Positions 51,201-64,000 of a stretch of 64,000 nucleotides of DNA are shown here, piece by piece (position 1 is the first letter of the stretch; every line of letters begins with the position of its first letter). Both the position numbers and the translations under genes were made by a program. A model generated the notes under the pieces. The model was not told the origin of the DNA. It did no database searches and saw only the letters and a program-made list of their open reading frames with translations. The stretch comes from Callorhinchus milii (Eukaryota): the NCBI RefSeq assembly GCF_018977255.1, contig NW_024704742.1:122514001-122578000 (forward strand), written 5' to 3'.

Positions 51201-52052
51201 TCACTTCCAATTCATGTACGTATTTAATCTGTCTCTGTGACAAAGCCAAGTTTCACACAGTTGGGCATATGCAAGCCTTGTCCCTATTTATGAGTCTCAA
51301 CCATTATTTATCCGACTATTGTAGTCTCTCTGCCCACTGCCATTTCAAAAGATTTGAATAAGTTGCCTTTTTACATCTTGATGTTTATTTTCTGTTTAAT
51401 TGGTTTGAAGACTTGTGAGCATAGACCTTTTAAGATTGCTTGAGGATATCTAATATCATTTGCCTACAAAATGCAGGGTCACTACACTTTACAGTGAATC
51501 CTGTGAAGCCGTTTGACACTTCCTCCTGACATGAAAGGGACTATTTTTCACTCACAAGATATACAGTCAATTCACTTTACAATATATTTTGTGAAGGGTT
51601 TTGAGATGTCTAGAAGACGTGATGAAGCACTATATTAAATGCAATAATTATTATTATATTATAGGAGATATTATCAAATGTAAGGCTTTTTAGTATTGTT
51701 ACTGTAATGCTTACTCCATTATTATAATGCTTACTTCGTGTTTACAGATATATACATATTGCACAATTGTATATTTCAGAAGTTGGTGAATGAGACTGAT
51801 GCTGAAAAATTATTGTAGTTTTTCTTGTGAGCAGAAAAAGAGGCAAGCTCTTATTAAGTTATTGAGTGTGGCAGAACAGGTAAAATATAAAGGTTTTCAA
51901 AAAGAAATTTAGATAAGTTCCTGGAAATTAAAAGGGTACATGTTATTAGATGTTGAAATTGCTCTTTTGAAAGGGATTGCCTCATACGAAGAAATGGTTC
52001 CACAGATATTGAATGGCTTATCTGAGTGACTGTGAGACACGCATCGCTCCTT

Positions 52053-54165
52053 AACAACAACAACAACAAAATTACATTTGTAGAGCACCTTTCATGTCGG
52101 GAGGATGTCCCAAAGCGCTGAACAGTCAGATGTCTGGAGTCCTGTAGCTCAGTGGTTAGAGCACTCGCTTTACAAGTGAGAGACCTGAATTCAATTCCAG
52201 GCAGAGGGCGAAACCTTGGGCAAGTTTCCTTACTCCACACAGAGCCTAATAATAATCCCTCCAAAACAAAACAATAATAAATTGGTCATTTTCAATCCAC
52301 GTCTGTTTGTGGGACATTGCTGTGCGCAATTGGCTGCCACGTTCGCCCACAAATATACAGTCAATTCACTTTACAGTATATTCTGTGAAACGCTTTGGGA
52401 CGTCTAGAAGACGTGAAAAGCTCTATATCAAATGCAAGGATTATTATTATTATGATGTCGGGGCCCAAGCATGGGGGTGGTGTAGGGGTGAGGGAAGGCA
52501 GAGAGGGGGGAGGGAGACCAAAGGCACGGTCAAAGAGAAGGGTCTTGAGACCGGCCTTGAAGGAGGGAAGGGAGGAAGCGAGACGAAGGGACTGTGGGAT
52601 GGAGTTCCAGAGTGTGGGGGCAGAGAGGCTGAAAGCCCGACCACTGATGGTAGGGCAGGTCGGGCGGGAGGCATGGAGCAGGCGTAAGCCTGATGAGCGG
52701 AGGGAGTGGACAGGTTGGTAGGGAGTCAACAGGTCAGAGAGGTAGGAGGGGGCAAGGCCATGGATGGTCTTAAAGGTGAGGACAAGGATCTTGAACTCGA
52801 TCCTCTGGGGGATGGGGAGCCAGTGGAGTCGGGCGAGAGTGGGAGTGATGGGGTCATGAAGCCTGGTGCATGAGAGTACACGAGCTGGAGAGATTTGGAT
52901 GATCTGCAGCTTGTCAAGGGAAGAGTTGGGAAGGCCGATGAGGAGGGAGTTCCCGTAATCAAACCTTGAAGTGATGAATGCGTGGGTGAGGGTTTCGGCA
53001 GCCTGAGGGGTGAGGCAGTTGCGGAGTCTGGCAATGTTGCGGTGGTGGTGGTAGGCAGCGCCGGTCATGGTGCGGAAGTGGGGGAGAAAGGACAGCTCAG
53101 GGTCAAACAAGGCACCCAGGTTCCTGACTGGCTTAGTGAGGTTGAGTGTGCAGCCATGGAGGCTGATGCTGCCAGTACCTGAGGTGCGGAGGCGCTGGCA
53201 CGAGCCAATCAGGAGGGCCTCGGTTTTTCGCACGTTGAGCTGAAGAAAGTTGTCTCTCGTCCAAGACTCAATGTCAGACAGGCAGCTGTCAGGACATCGG
53301 TGGTCGTGGAGTTGAGAGTAGAGGAGAAAAGGTAGAGTTGGGTGTCATCCGCATACATGTGGAAGTTAACTCCATGTCTGCGGATGATGTCACCAAGGGG
53401 GAGCATATAGAGGGTGAAGAGGAGGGGACCGAGGACAGAGCCCTGAGGGACACCACATGAGACAATACGGGGGGTGGAGGAGAAGCTATTTGTTGAGACA
53501 AAGTGAAGACAGTGAGAAAGGTACGACCTAAACCACTCAAGGACAGTGCCTTGAAGGTTGAGGTGGGAGGACAAGCGGTGGAGTAGGATAGCGTGGTCGA
53601 CCGTATCGAATGCTGCTGATAGGTTGAGGAGGACGAGGAAGCAGAGGGAGCCCTGGTCACAGATGGTCAGGATATCGTTGGTGACCTTGACCAGGGCAGT
53701 TTCTGTGCTATGGGCAGCACGGAAACCTGACTGAAGGGGTTCGAAAAGTGAATGGGTGGAAAGGAAAGAGCGCAGTTGGGAGGCGACAACTCTTTCCAGG
53801 ACCTTGGAGAGAAAGGGGAGGTTGGAGATGGGCCGGTAGCTTGATAGCTGCGACGCATCAAGGGAGGGTTTTTTCAGGGTGGGCATCACGGTGGCAGTTT
53901 TTAAGGGAATGGGGACAGAGCCAGAGGAGAGGGACAGGTTGACGATGTCGGTGATATGTGGGGCACGAAAGTGGAGCTGGGATATAAGGAGTGGAGTGGG
54001 GATGGGGTCAAGGGAGCAGGTGGTTAGTTTCAGGGATAAGATGAGTTTGGTGACAGAGGGTGGGGAAACGGGTACAAAAGTGAGTAGTGGAGGATGGATA
54101 GCAGTCGGAGTGTGGGAGTGAGGGGGTGGGGGGTTGGCGGATGTTGGAGGTGAAGTGACCGCGTA
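52053..54165 (-). mobile_element. Young L2 LINE, longest copy (~1.8 kb), with a SINE inserted in its 3'UTR
   Basis: [45 protein letters not shown] and YADDTQ; one frameshift near 53285; tail at 52053-52134. Confidence 0.95.
52136..52453 (+). mobile_element. Young tRNA-SINE, short form
   Basis: Full length; TSD gatgtc at 52129-52134 and 52454-52459. Confidence 0.92.
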
Positions 54166-54480
54166 GCGAATTCCCTTGATGAATTCCCTTCGTACCTATA
54201 GGTACGAACATTCAGTTTCAATCCGCCTGCTCAAATTGTACAGTAATCTGGTGAAGCCACACCTAAGGCTCACAATTCCACCAGGTTGCAGCCTTAAGTC
54301 AACTTTCTGAAAATTTAAGTTTGTCCAGAATTTTGGAAAAATTTGGGAAAAATTCTGGTTTAAGAACTGCAGAAAACCAGTTACCAAATTACTACTCAAT
54401 GTAAAATGTTTCCAACCTTCTGCACAGTGTTAAATGTTATGATAGTCGTTTTAAGGCTACTATCAGGAAAACATTTAGGC

Positions 54481-55005
54481 ACGAGCCAATCAGGAGGGCC
54501 TCAGTCTTGCTGACGTTGAGTGGGAGAAAGTTGGCCCTCGTCCAGGACTTGATGTTGGACAGGCAGTCGGTCAGAACCTCAGTAATCCTGGAGTTCAGGG
54601 TGGAGGCAGAGTTAGAGTTTGGTGTCATTCGCATACATGTGGAAATTTACCCCATGTCTGCAGATGACGTCACCAAAGGGGAGCATGTAGAGGGTAAAGA
54701 GGAGGGGACCGAGGACAGAGCCCTGAGGAACACCTCACAAGACAGTGCAGGGGCTGGATGAGAACCGTTTGCCGCGATGAAGTGGAGGCGGTGTGAAAGG
54801 TAGGACCTGAACCAGTCAAGGACAGAACCTTGAAGGTTGAGATGGGAGGAGAGGTGGTGGAGGAGGATTGAGTCGTCCACGGTGTCAAAGCTGGTGGAGA
54901 GGTTGAGGAGGACGAAGAGGCAGAGGGAGCCTTGGTCACACATGGTCAGGATGTCGTTTGTGACTTTGACCAGAGCAGTTTCCATGCAACACGGAAACCT
55001 GATCG
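54481..55005 (-). mobile_element. L2 RT fragment lacking its 3' half
   Basis: [11 protein letters not shown] and FDTVD motifs; ends abruptly at 54481. Confidence 0.88.
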
Positions 55006-56119
55006 GAGGAGTGGTCAAAATCCAGGCAAATTCAGAATTATTTGTCCATATTGTTAATATGCTCCTACCCTCCCTGATCCCAATCCCCTGCTTGGGTGCA
55101 AATCTGTCTTGTGACATTCTCCCGACATGAAAGATGCTATACAAATGTAATTTTCGATTGAATTAGGGAGCGGGGGCATACATTATGACAAGAGTGAATC
55201 TTAAGAGTACCTGAATGTGTCTCCACAAGATGCTACCCTGTGTGAAGGGTGCTGTACAAATGCAAATGCAAGCTGTTATTGTTACTGTTGCTTCAGACAA
55301 ACTATTCTGCATTCTGCTTAGACATCAATCTCCGTCTCGATACCTACTTTGGCTGCAACCCAGCTTCACAGAACCACCATCACCTGAGGGGAGTTCTAGC
55401 TGATCAACCAGAGACAATTCTGGGGACCTATTTATAAAAGAGCTTCAGCATTTATTTTCTTGAATTCATACAAACACTCCCTCCACCTCAGTATAAATGT
55501 GGGCAAGTGGTGCATGGATGTAATTAAACGTTGGTGGTGTACTTTTAATTCAGTGCTGAAGTAGAGACTCAGCCCCCACTATTTGCACATTGTCACTTTC
55601 ATTTCAGGGCTGTTCACATCAGGGTAAAAAAACATTAGAACATTGAAACATCTAATAGACAGTTGGAACTGGCTCGAAGGGCTGAATAGCCTCTTCTGTT
55701 ACCCGTTTTCCAATAAAACAGGTAACATTTCTGGTAAAATGCAGCAACAATTAATGGAAGTGTGTAGCCACAAGCATACCCAACTGACCCCAGGCAATGA
55801 AAATAAACAAGGTTTTTAGCAAAACAAACTAGTTTCAAACACAAGAAAATTTGGTGGGCGACCTCTGAGAAGACCTTTTATTTGAAGCATCAGTTTGAAT
55901 TTACGGTTCCATTTCAGCAATCAGCCCTGAACACTGCAATCAGATCAATCTCTTTCCATTTGCGACTGTCCACCATACTACCCCTTAAAAGTTGCGAGCA
56001 AGACTCCAGAGTGAAATCAGGTTATTAGAGTGATACTGCAGAGCAGGGAGCATAGGTGATGTGTCAGGAACCATAGAATCTTTTGAGAACGACACAACAG
56101 ATACATTTCTTTCAATGTA

Positions 56120-56475
56120 AATCGTCTATGCTGATGTTCCAGTGCAGTGCTGGGGGTGCGTTGCATCAGTGGAGGTGCCATCCTTTGGAAGGGATGTTAA
56201 ACCAAGGTCATGTCTACCTGTTCTGGTGGACATTAAAGGTCCTGTGGCACTATTTGAAAAAAGGATATTTCTCTTGGTGTCCTGGTCAATAATTCCCCAA
56301 ACAAAAGTAATCATTCTCTTCATGGCTGTTTGTGGAATGTTGCTGTGCGCAAATGGGCTGTCGCGTTTACCTAGAAATACACAGTCATTAAACTTTACAG
56401 TAAATCCTGTCAATCACTTTGAGACATCTTCCTGACTTGAAAGGCGCTATAGCAAATCCAATGATTGCTATTATT
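56120..56475 (+). mobile_element. Old Deu-domain SINE
   Basis: gatgttaaaccaaggtcatgtctacc...ggacattaaaggtcctgtggcactatttgaa and tail. Confidence 0.72.
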
Positions 56476-56479
56476 ATCA

Positions 56480-57410
56480 TCAAACATGACGTTCCAAGGC
56501 ACTAGACTGACAGAGTTACGGACCCAAACTGGGGGTCGGGGTGGGTGAGGGTGAAGGGCGGGGTGAAGCAGGGAGATCAAAAGCACGGTCGAAGAGGAGA
56601 AGCTTGAGATGGATCTTGAAGGTGGTGAGGGAGGGGGCGAGGTGGAGGGACTGCGGGATTGAATTCCAGAGGGTGGGGGCAGAGTGGGGCAGAAGGCCTG
56701 CCCGCCGATAGTGGGGCGAGTAAGGCTGGGGATATGAAGCAGGCTGGAGCCCACTGAGTGGAGGGAACGAACAACGAGGTAGGGGGTTAGGAGGTCGCAG
56801 AGGTAGGGGGGAGCAAGACCGTGGAGGGCTTTGAAGGTGAGGACCAGGATTTTGAATTGTATCCTCTGTGTGATGGGAAGCCAGTGGAGTTGGGCGAGGA
56901 TGGGGGTGATAGGGTCGCAGAGCCTAGTGCGGGAGTGGACACGGGCTGCAGAGTTCTGGATGATCTGCAGCCTGTGAAGGAAGGAGTTGGGGAGGCTGAC
57001 AAGCAATGAGTTTGTATAGTCGAGCCTTGATATAATGAAAGTGTGTATGAGGGTTTCGGCGGCCTGCGGTGTGAGACAGTAGCAGAGTCGGGTGATCTTG
57101 CAGAGGTGGGGGAAGGCAGAACAGGTCATGGCACAGATGTGAGGTAGAAAGGATAGCTGAGGCTCAAACAAGACCCCAAGGTTCCGGACTGGCTTAGCAA
57201 GGTGGAGTATGCAACCATGGATGGTGATGCTGTCAGCGCCTGAGCTGTGGAGCCAATCAGGAGGGCCTCGGTCTTGTTGATGTTCAACTGAAGAAAGTTA
57301 GCTCTCATCCAGGACTTGATGTCTGACAGACATTCTGTCAGCACAGCAGTGGTCCTGGTTCAAGGGTGGAGGCAGAGAGGTAGAGTTGGCTATTATCCGC
57401 ATACAATGTA
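56480..57410 (-). mobile_element. L2 LINE 3' fragment
   Basis: YADNSQL, WMRANFLQLN, SRLDY and HWLPI motifs. Confidence 0.92.
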
Positions 57411-57464
57411 AACTGTACATCCCCAATAGATGTGCACCATGTATACTGGATCAACAACAACAAC

Positions 57465-58690
57465 TTAGAATCATAGAATCGTACAGCATAAAAAGAGGCC
57501 ATTTGGCCCATCGAGTCTGTGCCGGTTCTTTGAAAAGAGCAATTAATGTCAGTCCCACTCCCCAGCCCTTTCCCCATAATGCTGCAAACCCGTCCTCCTC
57601 AAATAGCTATCTACTGCATTTTTAAAAGTTGTTATCGAATCGGCCTCCACCACCCTTTCAGGCAATGCGTTCCAGATTTGAACAACTCGCTGCGTGAAAA
57701 AATTTCTTCTCACCTCCCCTCTGCTTCTTTTAGAGACTATTTTAAATCTGTGACCTCGAGTCACCGACACACCCACCAGTAGAAACAGTTTTTCCCTTTC
57801 TAACCTATCAAATTCCCTCATGATTTTGAAGACTTCTATTAGGTCTCCTCGTAACCTTCTCTGCTCCAATGAGAATAATCCTAACCTCTCTCGCCTTTCC
57901 TCATAATCAGGGTCCCTCATTCCTGGTACCATCCTCGTAAATCTCCTCTGCACCCTTTCCAATGCCTTAACATCCTTCCTATAGTGTGGTACCCAGAACT
58001 GGGCGCAGTATTCTAACTGAGGCCTAACCAGTGTTTTATATGGGTTAATCATAACCTCCTGACTCTTGTACTCTACGCCCCTATTTATAAAGCCTAGTAT
58101 CCCATATGCCCTTTTTACAGCTTTATCTACCTGTCCTGCCATCTTTAAGGATTCATTTACCTGCAACCCCAGCTCTCTCTGTTCTTTTACCCCTCCTTAA
58201 GATTGTATTACCAGCCTATATTGCCTCCCCTCATTCTTTCTACCAAAATGCATTACCTCGCATTTCTCTACATTGAAATTCATCTGCCATGTGTCTGCCC
58301 ATTTTACCATTGTGTCTATGTCTTCCTGCAGTTGGCTACTATCCTTCTCATTGTTTACCACCCTATCTAACTTGCTATACCCAAGTCCAGATCATTTATG
58401 TATATTACGAAGAGCAGTGGTCCTAATACCGATCTCTGGGGGATGCCACTGTACACTTCCCTCCAGTCACAAAAGCAGCTGTTCACCACAACTCTCTGCT
58501 TTTTGTCTCCCAGCCAGTTCTGGATCCATGCTGCCACTCTCCCTTTCATACCATGAGCTTCTATCTTTCTTACAAGTCTTTCATGTGGCACTTTGTCAAA
58601 TGCCTTTTGAAAGTCCATATAAACCACATCAACTGCACTACCTTTATCCACCCTCTCCCTTACCTCATTGAAAAATTCTATTACTTGCAT
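57465..58690 (-). mobile_element. CR1 LINE, 5'-truncated
   Basis: VDVVYMDFQKAFDKVPH, SGIPQRSVLGP, LVRPQLEYC and RRLRGDLIEVFK; (ATTCTAT)-type tail. Confidence 0.95.
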
Positions 58691-58892
58691 TTATATAGCG
58701 CCCTTCACGCTAGATAGCGTCTCAGAGCACTTAAATACTGAATGATCCCAGTTAATATGTACCACCTAATCTGCATTCCCAGTAAAAGTGCATGGTGTAA
58801 TCTGAGCATTCTGAGTGAAGCTTCAGAGTGATATATGTGGAAATCTAAAGAAGCCTTGCTTCAGACCCAGTCTGAACCAAGGCTCCACCACA

Positions 58893-60030
58893 GGTGGTGT
58901 CCCTCAGGGCTCTGTCCTCGGTCCCCTCCTCTTCACCCTCTATATGCTCCCCCTCGGTGACATCATCCGCAGACATGGAGTTAACTTCCACATGTATGCG
59001 GATGACACCCAACTCTACCTTTCCTCCTCTACTCTCAACTCCACGACCACCGATGTCCTGACAGTCTGCCTGTCCGACATCGAGTCCTGGACGAGAGACA
59101 ACTTTCTTCAGCTCAACGTGCGAAAAACCGAGGCCCTCCTGATTGGCTCGCGTCAGCGCCTCCGCACCTCAGGCGCTGACACCATCAGCATCCAAGGCTG
59201 CACTCTCCACCTCTCAAACCCAGTCAGGAACCTCGGCGTCTTGTTCGACCCTGAGCTGTCCTTTCTCCCTCACATCCGCACTACAACTGGCACCGCCTTC
59301 CATCACCTTCGGAACATCGCCAGACTACGGCACTACCTCACCCCTCACGCTGCTGAAACCCTGGTCCACGCCTTTGTCACCTCAAGGCTGGACTATGGGA
59401 ACTCTCTCCTCGCCGGCCTTCCCGCCACCTCCCTCCACAAGCTGCAGGTCATTCAGAACTCTGCAGCTCGTGTACTGTCCCGCACCAGGCTTCGGGACCA
59501 CATCACTCCCACCCTCGCTCGCCTCCACTGGCTCCGCATCCCCCAGAGGATTGATTTCAAGATCCTCATCCTCACCTACAAGGCCTTGCTCCCTCCTACC
59601 TCTCCAACCTACTATCCCCCTACCTACCTGCCCGTACCCTCCGTTCCTCTGGCTCTGGTCTGCTCCACGTCCCCCGCCCCAACCGCCCTACCATCGGTGG
59701 TCGGGCCTTCAGCCTCTCAGCCCCCAGGCTCTGGAACTCCATCCCCCAGTGCCTTCGCCTTGCTTCCTCCCTTTCCTCCTTCAAGGCCGGTCTCAAAACC
59801 TTTCTCTTTGACCGTGCCTTCAGCTCCCCTCTCGACTCTCTTCCCCCTCCTCACTCCCTCCCTTCCCTCCCCTCACCCTGACCATTTCCCCCCTCCTTGC
59901 TCCCTCCCTTCCCTCACCCTGACCATTTTCCCCCTGCTCGGGTCATGACCCAACTGTGCAGCGCCTTGGGACGTCCTCCTGACGTGAAAGGCGCTTTATA
60001 AATGGAATCTTGTTGTTGTTGTTGTTGTTG
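58893..60030 (+). mobile_element. Young L2 LINE, 5'-truncated
   Basis: Open frame from [10 protein letters not shown] up to a 10-bp deletion (ggcc microhomology) near 59585; (TTG)n tail. Confidence 0.95.
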
Positions 60031-60047
60031 CAGGCCACCAAAAATCT

Positions 60048-60625
60048 CATACATGATTACATCGAGGCTCAACTACGCAAACTCATTGCTTGTCGGCCTT
60101 CCCAACTCCTTCATCAATAGGCTGCAGAAATTCCGGAACTCTGCAACCCATGGCCTCGCCTGCACTAGGCTCCGTGACCCTATCACCCCCAACCTTGCCT
60201 GACTCCACTGGCTTCCCATCACACAGAGGATACAGTTCAAGATCCTGGTCCTCACCTTCAAAGCCCTCCATGGACTTGCTCCTCCCTACCCCTGCAACCT
60301 CCTAACCCCTACCATCCTGCTCACTCCCTCCACTCAGCAGGCTCCAGCCTGTTTCACGTCTCCTGCCTCACTCGCCCCACTATTGGTGGGTGGGCCTTCT
60401 GTCACTCTGCCCCCACCCTCTGGAACTCCATCTCATAGTCCCTCCGCCTCGCCCCACCTTTGCCACCTTCAAGACCCACCTCAAGATCCTCCTCGATCGC
60501 CCTACTTCCCCCACCTGCCCTCCACCCTCCCTGATCCTGAACCCCAGCTCATGTTTGAAACTCTGTCTGTCCAGTGCCTTGAAACGTCCTCCCAACGTAA
60601 AAGGTGCTTTTTGTTGTTGTTGTTT
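60048..60625 (+). mobile_element. L2 LINE 3' fragment, second subfamily
   Basis: ITSRLNYANSLLVGLPN motif and tail. Confidence 0.87.
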
Positions 60626-61282
60626 TATATATGTACATGAATCGGCTGCACTGGCAACAACTTCCAGCAATTTATCAGTATATTCATTTTCAGTGGGAGC
60701 TGTTCGCAGTCTCTGGTGGGCAGCAAAATGTTGTTTTGCAGGATTTCCCTTTCCTCCAGCAGTGTTCTCCAGCCATTTCTTGCAGGGACACTTCTCTGTT
60801 GGTAGATAACACGTAAATTAATTTAATTGCCTCTGTAATGGGATTAGGAGGTCCCCTGTTGGCAGTGAAGGAGCAGTGCAGATTCAAGGAGGAAGAAATG
60901 ACCCACAGTATCAGCAAATAATAACAAACCAACAAACACATTCATTAACATAGACCAGCTTTAAACTCTAGCTCTGTTTAATCAATACATAAAGAACCTT
61001 GCCTGTAATAACCTTCACAGCTTATAGGAGAACATTTTACTGTAGTGTAAGTAAGTAACAAGCTGCTATGATAGATGTTTGAAGCAAACAAGCACCATAC
61101 TAACTTGTTAAAAAGTGATTCTCAGGTACAGAAAACATTTCACAACTGACTCAAGAGCGGGAGTGTTACCAAATTTGCCAAGTAGACACACAAATGCAAT
61201 GTTTATTAATATATTAACAGATTTGAGAATACATTTAATAATGTGTTATAGGGGTAACATTTTACCTGGGTCTTGATTTAGA

Positions 61283-62030
61283 GAATCATAGAATTATACA
61301 ACACAGGAGGAGGCCATTTAATAATAATAATAATAATTCTTGCATTTGATATAGCGCTTTTCACGTTGGGAGGAGGTCCCAAAGCGCTTCACAGAACACA
61401 CTGTAAAGTGAATTGACTGTATATTTGTGGGCGAACGCGGCAGCCAATTGCGCACAGCAATGTCCCACAAACAGTCGTAGATTGAAAATGACCAATTTAT
61501 TATTGTTTTTGGTTTTGGAGGGATTATTATTCGGTGTGAGGAGTAAGGACATTGTGTATATTTGTGGGCGAACGCGGCAGCCAATTGCGCACAGCAATGT
61601 CCCACAAACAGTTGTAGATTGAAAATGACCAATTTATTATTGTTTTTGGTTTTGGAGGGATTATTATTCGGTGTGTGGAGTAAGGACATTGTGTCTGTGC
61701 TTGCTCTTTGGAATGATCTATCCAAATCAATCCCACTCACCCGCGCTCTCCCCATAACCCTGCAAACTTGTCCTCCCCAAATAAAAGTTGTTATCTTTTA
61801 AGATATGCAAATGTAATCTTGTTGTTGTTATTATCAAATCGGTTTCCACCACAATGCATTCCAGATCCGAACAACTCCGCTGTGTGAAAAAACTTCTTCT
61901 CACCTCCCCTTTAAACAACTATTTTAAATCAGTGTCCTTGGGTTATCAACGCACCCGCCAGCGGAGATAGTTGCTCCTTGTTCACCCTATCAAATCCCCT
62001 CATAATTTTGAAACCAACACGTTAGGTTCT
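61283..62030 (-). mobile_element. CR1 3' fragment containing a headless SINE (61320-61686) with a 137-bp tandem duplication
   Basis: CR1 tail at 61283-61319 resumes at 61687; RRSFFTQR motif. Confidence 0.85.
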
Positions 62031-63924
62031 CTTAACCACAGAAAATGATTGCAACAGAGGTCTCCCACCTCTTGTAAATCATGCTCATTGATAGATTTGA
62101 TTTATTAACGTAGTATTTCAGAGCATCCAGAATTTAGCAAATTCTTTAATAAAGCCTTAATTTTGAGAGATTGTTTTTCTGTAAGTTCATGCTAAGTACA
62201 GTCATGGTGGTGGAGTCCACAGGAAATGAAAGGGAGGGGCTTGAATGAATATGCGTATAATTTGGGCCAGCAGGTTTGAAGTGATCTCCTTGCTCTGTCC
62301 TCCTGCACTGTAGATTATGTTTCTATGTTATATTAAAATCTATTGAACCAACTTCAAAGCGAAAACTGAATTCAACAATTGACCCAATTTGGGATGCTCC
62401 GAAACGCTCAGAGTAAATAAATTAGTAGAGTAAATAAGATAATATGTAAATCTAGACCCAGGGGGAATTTTACCCCAAAAGTTGATTTGATGATTTCACT
62501 TTGAGCATGAGCAATGAGCATGATTTACAGGAAATTGAGGTGGGAGACCTCTGTTGCAATCACAATCACTTACCATGGTTACGAGGTTAGACGTATTGTT
62601 GCATCATTTCACATCAGCATTTTATTTCATATGTGAGTCAGCCTGGCTCAGTTAGCAGCACGCTTACCTCTGAGTTATAACATATTACAACATAATAGAG
62701 TTGTATAGCACCTTTCATGTCAGGAGGACGTCCCAACGCACTGAAGGTTGTGCTTTGAAGACTCTCATTGAGACTTTAAACTCATATAGGCTCAGGCCAG
62801 TGGTTCTCAAATGTGACTACTGTGGCTGCATCCTCCCCACCATGACCCTCTCCTTCCCACAGTGTGAGGTCGACCACACAATGAGGCCAACAACAAGATG
62901 TATTTGAGTAGGACTGGTTTACGATCTCACTCCAAAATAATACTGGGTGCTGCATTGTCTTTCTTCAAATGAGATGTTAAACCAAGGCCCTGTCTGCCTT
63001 CCCATGGTACTATTTGATTAGAGAAGGCAGTTTCTCCCCATATACATTTGCTTTATGGCTATTTGTGGGGAAATTACTTTGAGCAAATTGACTGCCGCAC
63101 TCATCTACAAAATACACAGTCACTGCACTTTACAGTAAATCCTGTGAAGTGCTCATGTGGAATGTACACACTGGCGTGGAATAGTTAAGCCTACTGTGCC
63201 TACTTTAGTGCTGCAGATTCCATGTAATTCTAATTTTTTGTTAGCTAGGTATCTGACACCAATCTTAAAATTATCCAAATCAGATGGAGAGTTGCATATG
63301 GTATGAAATACAATGCTTTCAGTGGACAGTTATATGGTTTTAATTAGTTAAACTACAGCAGTACTTCAGTGAACATTCTGGGGTCCCTGTATTATAGTTT
63401 GGGTTAGGATTCACCCTGAACCTAATGTGGAGCTAAGACATGTCTCTCATCAACCTGTACTTAATACCCTCAGGGATTAGATAAGCAGGATCTGTCCCTC
63501 TGGGGAAACAGTGTGATTTCATTACAGACTTGGGAATGTCCATATGTAGGTGGCAAACATGCTACTCTCAGTCTTATTTGGATCGTTTTAAGCTTGGTGT
63601 CAGATATCTGGCTGACAAAAATAGAATTACATAGAATCTGCCACTAAAATAGGCCATTTGGCCCATCCCCTCTACGCCAGTGTATACATTCCACATGAGC
63701 CTCCACCCCGCCCCTCCCTAGCTTCCTCTTATAAACCTCTGTTCCGTTCTCGCTCACATATGCAATGTACATCTAGAGAAAGGCTTGGTAACGGAGCAAA
63801 ATATGAAATATAAAAGCAGTATTACTTTTCTTCCAGAAGCCAAATCTACACTAAACAATATGAGAATTGAGCCCTTCCTTGCCACCGCTATTTGCTGAGC
63901 GTTCAGTTCACTTTACCCCTAATC

Positions 63925-64000
63925 TTTAATAATAATAATAATCCTTGCATTTGATATAGCGCTTTTCACGTCAGGAGGACGCCCCAAAGCGCTTCAAAGA
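63925..64000 (-). mobile_element. SINE 3' tail running off the window edge
   Basis: (AAT)n ccttgcatttgatatagcgcttttcacg. Confidence 0.8.

Noticed and set aside
58815..59948. 377-aa ORF as a host or domesticated RT gene
   Set aside because: 5'-truncated L2 ORF2 with a frameshifting deletion, near-identical to other copies in the window.
1..64000. CRISPR arrays, operons or prokaryotic defence/retron systems
   Set aside because: Eukaryotic intron and intergenic DNA. No regularly spaced repeats, and all RT motifs belong to non-LTR or Penelope retroelements.

Overview
Vertebrate genomic DNA, most likely a cartilaginous fish (inferred from the repeat content: L2, CR1 and Penelope LINEs plus Deu-domain and tRNA-derived SINEs). 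The only host gene I can support is the 5' part of RAB3C on the minus strand. It has a 228-nt coding exon (23485-23712) and two tiny alternative first coding exons that the ORF track misses: MRQEAPLQ (28638-28661) and MELYGK (30798-30815). Each has its own GC-rich promoter-like region, and a ~1.4 kb C/A-only tract lies between them. I could not find the next RAB3C exon (DTAGQE...), so it probably lies left of the window. Everything else is intron or upstream intergenic DNA dense in retroelements, and nearly all track ORFs are LINE fragments, antisense frames or low-complexity artefacts. The most notable unexplained structures are: a perfect 30-bp-stem hairpin in intron 1; a second pre-miRNA-sized hairpin; a 286-bp templated insertion with a newly formed 20-bp palindrome at an L2 5' junction; reciprocal SINE/L2 nesting; a mosaic SINE family; and decayed Penelope hammerhead-like motifs. 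I see no evidence for a new multi-gene system. Repeat boundaries are approximate and family names are from recall, not database searches.
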